Source: an uncultured Massilimicrobiota sp. (GTDB lineage Bacteria > Bacillota_I > Bacilli_A > Erysipelotrichales > Coprobacillaceae). From it: DNA of 64,000 nt. The first letter of the stretch is position 1. Each line of letters opens with the position of its first letter. This document shows positions 58,269 through 64,000 of this stretch, piece by piece. The stretch spans positions 5,082 to 69,081 of the forward strand of contig CALUZM010000002.1 in NCBI GenBank assembly GCA_944325245.1. Reading direction: 5' to 3'. The translations under genes were made by a program, and so were the position numbers. The notes under the pieces are model-generated. The model ran no database searches. It was not told the DNA's origin and saw only the letters and a program-made list of their open reading frames with translations.

Positions 58269-59233
58269 ATATTTTAATGTTGGCACCTTTACAAAAAGAA
58301 CAGTTTCAAATGATTGAAGAAACATTTTTGGAAGATCATTTTATCTATTCAACAACAAAAGATGTGACTCAGGATATGATTGATAACTGCGATGTTATTA
58401 TAGGAAATCCACCACTTTCCTTGCATTTGAATCAGAGTCATATTCAAGCAATCTTGTTAAATAGTGCAGGAAGTGATGAATATGTTCAAGAGGGTGTTTT
58501 ATCTTCAGAAACATTATTAGCGAATGCTTCGGGAACATATGGCTGTGCTATTGCAGAACATGCTTTAGGGATGATTTTAACGATAAATAAGAATTTCAAA
58601 ACATATATTTTGAATATGAAAGAGGGTTTGTGGAAACCTGAACAAACAGGTTTGGAACTTTATCGCAAGACAGTTGTGATTGTTGGATTAGGTGACTTGG
58701 GATATACGATTGCCAAAAGATTAAAAGCTTTTGAATGCTATAACATTGGTGTAAAACGTCGAGTTTCTGCTTGCCCACCATGTATTGATGAATTATATGT
58801 AACAGAAGATTTGGATAAAGTCTTACCTCGCGCTGATTTTGTAGTTTTGGCATTACCACAATCGCCACAGACTTACCATTTATTTGATGAACGTAAATTA
58901 CAACTGATGAAAAAAGATGCGGTTTTGATTAATGTGGGAAGAGGCAGTGCGATTGATACGGAGGCACTTGTCAAAGTTTTAAAAAGTGGTCATCTTTATG
59001 GAGTAGGATTAGATGTTTTAGAAGAAGAACCATTACCATCACATCATATTCTCTGGCAAATGGGTAATGTTTTGATTACACCTCATGCTTCAGGAGGATA
59101 TGTATGGGAAAGCGCAAGAACTGCTTTTGCTAATCTTGTTATCCGCAATCTTCATCATTTAAAAGCTCATGAAGAATTAGAAAATCTTGTTGATTTTCAA
59201 ACGGGTTATCGAAAGAAAACGATTATTTTGTAA
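58265..59233 (+). CDS. D-2-hydroxyacid dehydrogenase
   Basis: SAGSD, IAEH, VGLGDLG, LPQSPQT, INVGRG, DV.EEEPL, TPHASG. Confidence 0.9.
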   Translation: MNILMLAPLQKEQFQMIEETFLEDHFIYSTTKDVTQDMIDNCDVIIGNPPLSLHLNQSHIQAILLNSAGSDEYVQEGVLSSETLLANASGTYGCAIAEHALGMILTINKNFKTYILNMKEGLWKPEQTGLELYRKTVVIVGLGDLGYTIAKRLKAFECYNIGVKRRVSACPPCIDELYVTEDLDKVLPRADFVVLALPQSPQTYHLFDERKLQLMKKDAVLINVGRGSAIDTEALVKVLKSGHLYGVGLDVLEEEPLPSHHILWQMGNVLITPHASGGYVWESARTAFANLVIRNLHHLKAHEELENLVDFQTGYRKKTIIL

Positions 59234-59271
59234 ACTATATCAGAAATGGTATAGTTTTTTTATCATTATAT

Positions 59272-59323
59272 TTGCATTCTAGAAAAGGATGAGTATAATA
59301 ATAGTATACCCCACAGGGGTGTA
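59272..59323 (+). promoter_or_regulatory. copA promoter with CsoR-type operator
   Basis: TTGCAT..TATAAT (59294-59299); ATACCCC-ACA-GGGGTGT at 59306-59322 resembles the Bacillus CsoR operator (TACCC-n-GGGGGTA). Confidence 0.8.
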
Positions 59324-59334
59324 GGAGGTGTATT

Positions 59335-61824
59335 ATGAAACAAAAATATGATGTTATGGGTATGACATGTAGTGCATGCAGTGCCCATGTAGATAAAGCA
59401 GTCAGGCATCTTGATGGTGTCAAAGATGTTAACGTCAATTTACTAAGTAATAGTATGGTTGTTGATTATGATGAAAAAATGGTTGGGCCTGAAGCCATAG
59501 AAAAGGCTGTTGAAGATGCTGGATATAAAGCATCTTTAGAACAAGAAACCATTCAGGCAAAAAAACAGGAAGAAACTGTTGATCATCAAAAACGATCATT
59601 GATTTTATCATTTGTCTTTTTGATTCCATTATTTTATATTTCAATGGGACATATGATGGGTGCGCCATTACCTGCCTTTTTAACGGGTGAAGAGAATATG
59701 ATGGTCTTTGCTTTAACCCAGCTCTTTTTAACTTTACCTGTCATGTATATAAATCGTGGATATTTTCAAAGAGGCTTTAAATCTTTGTGGCATCGCAGTC
59801 CCAATATGGATACGTTAATCGCCATGGGGTCAACAGCAGCTGCAGTTTATAGTATCTATGCTATTTTTATGATGGGATATTGTCTTGGCCATGGACAAAT
59901 GCAAGAAGCCCATCGATATATGATGCAATTGTATTTTGAGTCAGCTGCTATGATTTTAACTTTAATATCTTTAGGAAAATATTTAGAATCACGTTCTAAA
60001 AAGAAAACGACGGAAGCTATTGAAAAACTGATTGGTCTGATGCCTTCATCAGCGACAGTCTTAAAAGATGGGCAGGAAGTGAGTATGCCTATTGAAAAAG
60101 TCCAGGTAGGAGATATTGTCATTGTCAAATCAGGACAAAGTATTCCTCTTGATGGAACGATTGTTAAGGGGCAGACTTCTATTGATGAATCTATGATTAC
60201 TGGAGAGAGTTTACCAGTGGATAAAACTGTCAATGATCAGGTTATTGGAGCGACGATGAATATTGAAGGTTATATTCAAGTTCAAGTGACACGTATGAGC
60301 CAGGAAGCCACATTATCACAGATTATTGAACTGGTAGAGGAAGCAAGTTCATCAAAGGCACCTATCGCCAAACTGGCTGATCAGATTAGTGGTGTTTTTG
60401 TTCCTATTGTGATGACAATTTCTTTAGTGACCTTTATTTTGTGGTTAACTTTAGGACAACAGACATTCCATTTTGCCTTAACATGCGCCATAGCAGTTTT
60501 GGTTATTTCATGTCCATGTGCTTTGGGATTAGCCACACCTACTGCTATTATGGTAGGAACAGGAAAAGGAGCTCAATTGGGTATTCTGATTAAATCAGCT
60601 GAAAATCTAGAATTGTTATCCAAAGCAAAAAGTATTGTTTTGGATAAGACAGGGACTATCACAATAGGAAAACCACAGGTCACAGAAGTTTATCCGGTTG
60701 ATATGAGTGAAGATGAATTATTAAGCTTAGCTGCGACAATCGAAAACTCATCGCAACATCCTTTGGCGAAAGCTGTTGTGGATTATGCGCAATCAAAAAA
60801 TATGGAAATGAAGGATTTAGAGTCTTTTGAGATGTTATCTGGAAAAGGTCTTGTTGGTTTCATTGATGGAAATCAGATTCTTTCAGGAAATCAGCGTTTA
60901 ATGGCAGAATATGATATCGATTTATCACCAGTGCAACAAAAAGCACAGGCATTAGCGGCACAAGGAAAAACACCTTTATATTATGCATATGCAAAGCGTG
61001 TTATTGGTCTGATTGTTGTGAGTGATGTTTTAAAAGAAACAAGTCAAAGCGCTATTGAACAATTGAAGAATATGGGATTATCTATCTATATGTTAACTGG
61101 TGATAATCAACTCACAGCACAGCATATTGGAGAGCAGCTAGGTATTCAGGTGATTGCGGAAGTTTTACCACAAGATAAGGAAAAACATATTCGTCAATTG
61201 CAAACGCAAGGTGAGCGTGTTATTATGGTTGGAGATGGTATTAATGATGCCCCTGCATTAATGCGAGCTGATGTGGGAATTGCGATGACATCGGGAACTG
61301 ATATTGCGATGGATTCTGCAGATATTGTGTTGATGAAAAATGATCTACAGGATGTTGTCAATGCCATTGAATTAAGTCATGCTGTTTTAAAGAATATTAA
61401 AGAAAACTTATTTTGGGCTTTCTTCTATAATGTAATTGGTATTCCTATTGCTGCAGGTGTCTTCTATCCTCTTTTTGGATGGTTATTAGATCCAATGTTT
61501 GGAGCAGCAGCTATGAGCTTAAGTTCTGTCTTTGTTGTCAGCAATGCTTTAAGATTAAGATTTTTTAAACCAAAACATGCTTATCATCAAATAGAAAAGA
61601 AACAGGAGGAAAAGAAAATGGAAAAAACAATGAATATTGAAGGTATGATGTGTCAAAATTGTCAAAAACATGTGGACAAAGCTTTAAATAGTATTGATGG
61701 TGTAGAAGCAACAGTTGATTTAAAAAATAACTGTGCTTACTTGAAATTAAGTCATGATGTTGATGAAAGCATCTTAGTGAAAGCGGTCGAAGATGCTGGA
61801 TATACTGTTAAAGGATTTGAATAA
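59335..61824 (+). CDS. copA: Copper-translocating P1B-type ATPase with N- and C-terminal HMA domains
   Basis: GMTCSAC, TGES, CPCALGLATP, DKTGT, HP, GDGINDAPA, YN..., MSLSS, C-terminal GMMCQNC. Confidence 0.97.
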   Translation: MKQKYDVMGMTCSACSAHVDKAVRHLDGVKDVNVNLLSNSMVVDYDEKMVGPEAIEKAVEDAGYKASLEQETIQAKKQEETVDHQKRSLILSFVFLIPLFYISMGHMMGAPLPAFLTGEENMMVFALTQLFLTLPVMYINRGYFQRGFKSLWHRSPNMDTLIAMGSTAAAVYSIYAIFMMGYCLGHGQMQEAHRYMMQLYFESAAMILTLISLGKYLESRSKKKTTEAIEKLIGLMPSSATVLKDGQEVSMPIEKVQVGDIVIVKSGQSIPLDGTIVKGQTSIDESMITGESLPVDKTVNDQVIGATMNIEGYIQVQVTRMSQEATLSQIIELVEEASSSKAPIAKLADQISGVFVPIVMTISLVTFILWLTLGQQTFHFALTCAIAVLVISCPCALGLATPTAIMVGTGKGAQLGILIKSAENLELLSKAKSIVLDKTGTITIGKPQVTEVYPVDMSEDELLSLAATIENSSQHPLAKAVVDYAQSKNMEMKDLESFEMLSGKGLVGFIDGNQILSGNQRLMAEYDIDLSPVQQKAQALAAQGKTPLYYAYAKRVIGLIVVSDVLKETSQSAIEQLKNMGLSIYMLTGDNQLTAQHIGEQLGIQVIAEVLPQDKEKHIRQLQTQGERVIMVGDGINDAPALMRADVGIAMTSGTDIAMDSADIVLMKNDLQDVVNAIELSHAVLKNIKENLFWAFFYNVIGIPIAAGVFYPLFGWLLDPMFGAAAMSLSSVFVVSNALRLRFFKPKHAYHQIEKKQEEKKMEKTMNIEGMMCQNCQKHVDKALNSIDGVEATVDLKNNCAYLKLSHDVDESILVKAVEDAGYTVKGFE

Positions 61825-62087
61825 TGCAAGCTGATCAAAAACAAGTGACACGTTTATTGAAAACAGCTCGTGGGCAGATTGATGGTATTTTAAAAATGAT
61901 TGATGATGATCGTTATTGTATTGATATATCTAATCAGATTATGGCCACACAAGCTATTTTGAAGCGTGCGAACAAAGAAATTATAGCTGCACATATGGAA
62001 CATTGTGTTCATGATGCGATTGGCAGTGAAGATGCAGATGTTAAAATTCAGGAAATGAAAGATATTATTAATCAATTAATGAAATAA
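61824..62087 (+). CDS. csoR: CsoR-family copper-sensing repressor
   Basis: RL..ARGQ.DGI.KM..DDRYC.DI..Q, HMEHCV; coupled to copA. Confidence 0.9.
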   Translation: MQADQKQVTRLLKTARGQIDGILKMIDDDRYCIDISNQIMATQAILKRANKEIIAAHMEHCVHDAIGSEDADVKIQEMKDIINQLMK

Positions 62088-62168
62088 AGCAAAGGAAAGT
62101 CAAGATTGTTATGATGTCATTGCAGTCTTTGACTTTTTTCTTTATACTCATAAGTATAGAGGTGATGA

Positions 62169-63611
62169 ATGATGAAACAGGGTGTTATGATGCAATATTT
62201 TGAATGGTATTTACCTAATCAACCCTATCTTTTTCAAAAAATTCAAGAAGATGCCAAACATCTTTCTCAAATCGGAATAACAGCTGTCTGGCTACCACCT
62301 GCATTTAAAGGTATTGGTGGACAACAGGATGTAGGCTATGGAGTTTATGATTTGTATGATTTAGGTGAATTTGATCAAAAGGGAAGTATTCCAACCAAAT
62401 ATGGAACAAAAGATGATTATTTAAAGGCTATTCAATGTTTACATGAAGTCCATCTTGATGTTTATGCAGATATTGTTTTGAATCATAAAATGGGTGGTGA
62501 CGAATATGAAAATGTAAAAGCATCAGAAGTGAATGTTCATAATACCAATCATATTGTCAAACAGGATGAATGGATTCGTGTTCCAACACGTTTTACTTTT
62601 CCTGGCCGTCAACACAAATACAGTTCTTTTATTTGGGATTGGACATGTTTTGATGGCATTGATTATGATGCAAACTCAAAAAGACATGCTACATTTCTGT
62701 TTCAAGATAAACAATGGGATGCTCAAGTCGATAATGAAAATGGAAATTATGATTATCTGATGGGTGCAGACTTAGATTTTTCTCAACCCAATGTTGTTAA
62801 AGAGTTAGAGCATTGGGGCAAATGGTATCTAGATTTGACACAGGTTGATGGTTTGAGATTAGATGCTGTAAAACATATCAGTGCTTCATTTTATAAAGAA
62901 TGGTTGTTAAAAATGCGTCAATATTCTCAAAAAGAATTATTTACTGTAGGTGAATATTGGCATGGAGATGTAGAGAAATTACTTTCTTATTTAAGGATGG
63001 TTGATTTCTCATTATCACTTTTTGATGTTCCTTTACATTATCATTTTTATGAAGCTTCACATAGCTTTGGACAATATGATATGTCCAAAATATTTGACGG
63101 AACGTTAGTTCAAAGATCATGTGTTCATGCCGTGACTTTTGTAGATAATCATGATACACAACCACAGCAGGGCTTGCAGTCTTGGATATTAGATTGGTTC
63201 AAACCATTGGCATATGCTTTGATATTATTAAGAAAAGATGGATATCCTTGCATTTTTTATGGTGACTATTATGGAATTGCTCAACCTCATATAACTGGTC
63301 ATGCAAAAGTCATTGATCAGCTACTATATTTACGTCAACATTTTGCTTATGGAAAACAAAATGATTATTTTCAAGATCGTCATATCATTGGATGGACTCG
63401 TGAGGAAAAAGGTTTGGCCTGTATACTGACAAACAATACTGGTGGAAGTTTATATATGTATGTCGGAAAACAGTATCAGAATCAGGTATTTCATGATTAT
63501 TTAGGAAATATCATGGAAGATGTAATTATTGATGAAAATGGCTGTGGTTTATTTCATGTAAAAGATGGAAGTGTGAGTGTATACATACCTAAAAAAGAAG
63601 TGGTGATTTGA
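62169..63611 (+). CDS. Cytoplasmic alpha-amylase (GH13, AmyA/AmyS-like)
   Basis: MMQYFEWY, WLPPAFKG, GYG.YDLYDLGEFDQKG, DIVLNH, GNYDYLMG.D, RLDAVKH, GEYW, FVDNHDTQP; no signal peptide. Confidence 0.95.
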   Translation: MMKQGVMMQYFEWYLPNQPYLFQKIQEDAKHLSQIGITAVWLPPAFKGIGGQQDVGYGVYDLYDLGEFDQKGSIPTKYGTKDDYLKAIQCLHEVHLDVYADIVLNHKMGGDEYENVKASEVNVHNTNHIVKQDEWIRVPTRFTFPGRQHKYSSFIWDWTCFDGIDYDANSKRHATFLFQDKQWDAQVDNENGNYDYLMGADLDFSQPNVVKELEHWGKWYLDLTQVDGLRLDAVKHISASFYKEWLLKMRQYSQKELFTVGEYWHGDVEKLLSYLRMVDFSLSLFDVPLHYHFYEASHSFGQYDMSKIFDGTLVQRSCVHAVTFVDNHDTQPQQGLQSWILDWFKPLAYALILLRKDGYPCIFYGDYYGIAQPHITGHAKVIDQLLYLRQHFAYGKQNDYFQDRHIIGWTREEKGLACILTNNTGGSLYMYVGKQYQNQVFHDYLGNIMEDVIIDENGCGLFHVKDGSVSVYIPKKEVVI

Positions 63612-63614
63612 TAA

Positions 63615-63854
63615 TCACCACTGAAAACTTAAATAAAAAATTGTAAATAATAATGTGAACATAATGGCTGTCTGGAAAATACCGGACAGTATTTTATATT
63701 GTGATTGAGGTAATTCATAGTTTTTTGCTTTTTGCATACACTGATAGGCAATTAATAATGGGATGAGATTAACGATACTCAGCAATGAACCTATTAAGGC
63801 GATGCATGACATCATAATACCAGAGTAAAAATAGTCTTTATATGTCTCATTCAT
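63615..63854 (-). CDS. Hypothetical small membrane protein
   Basis: Hydrophobic 79-aa ORF with RBS AAGGAAGTG; convergent with the amylase. Confidence 0.6.
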   Translation of the reverse strand: MNETYKDYFYSGIMMSCIALIGSLLSIVNLIPLLIAYQCMQKAKNYELPQSQYKILSGIFQTAIMFTLLFTIFYLSFQW

Positions 63855-64000
63855 TGATATCACTTCCTTATTTTTATTATAGAAAAAAAGAAAGTGGAAT
63901 AAGTGAAGATTTGGTTAATTTTTATTTAAGATTATAAAAAAATATCTTCGATTGAAGATAAATTTTTAAGCTTTTTTTAATTTTCTTTTTTTAAGAATAA

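Noticed and set aside
83-63165. Many 60-125 aa ORF-track entries nested in or antisense to long genes (e.g. 83-373, 2557-2742, 6307-6585, 19790-20095, 39823-40065, 59856-60233)
   Set aside because: They lie fully within well-supported genes or RNA leaders, lack RBSs and motifs, and are expected shadow ORFs.
1927-63863. N-terminal extensions in several ORF-track proteins (ackA, thiT, tsaE, scpA, csp, dnaQ-like, lrgB, dfx and others)
   Set aside because: These upstream starts overlap promoters or RBSs; downstream starts with clear SD sequences and family-typical N-termini were used.
1-64000. CRISPR arrays, rRNA, tRNA, transposases, integrases, prophage genes
   Set aside because: No regularly spaced direct repeats, RNA-gene signatures or mobile-element proteins seen by eye. 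A tRNAscan/Infernal run would be the definitive check.

Overview
64 kb of AT-rich, mostly core-genome chromosome from a spore-forming Bacillota. Gene content and protein style suggest Erysipelotrichales/Coprobacillaceae (inference). It holds housekeeping genes: ackA, tsaE-tsaB-rimI-tsaD-rex, asnS, scpAB, prfC, infC-rpmI-rplT, leuS, htrA, copA-csoR and an alpha-amylase. It also has sporulation genes (spoVAC/D/E/F, sspI with a sigma-G-type promoter) and five recognisable cis-regulatory RNAs (TPP riboswitch, Asn and Leu T-boxes, L20 leader, guanine-type purine riboswitch). I saw no rRNA, tRNA, CRISPR array, transposase, integrase or phage genes. The most unusual observations are four. (1) An overlapping gene pair at 9.5-12.4 kb: a metallophosphoesterase with an unrecognised N-terminal domain, followed by a D-2-hydroxyacid dehydrogenase fused behind a domain resembling the middle component of ABC three-component/Lamassu-type defence systems, with no SMC-like ATPase in the window. 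(2) An intact 651-aa CadA-like pseudo-P1B-ATPase at 28.2-30.1 kb that has lost its catalytic and metal-binding motifs and the whole N-domain. (3) A guanine-riboswitch-controlled 'polyamine-type' ABC transporter operon with a divergent adenine deaminase and a second deaminase, probably a purine-derivative uptake/salvage system. (4) A CydDC-like exporter-ygbA-ybaN operon with two palindromic operator boxes. There is also an unannotated 33-aa ORF divergent from spoVA and a one-base frameshift in rpmI. All family calls come from motif recognition by eye; no searches were run.
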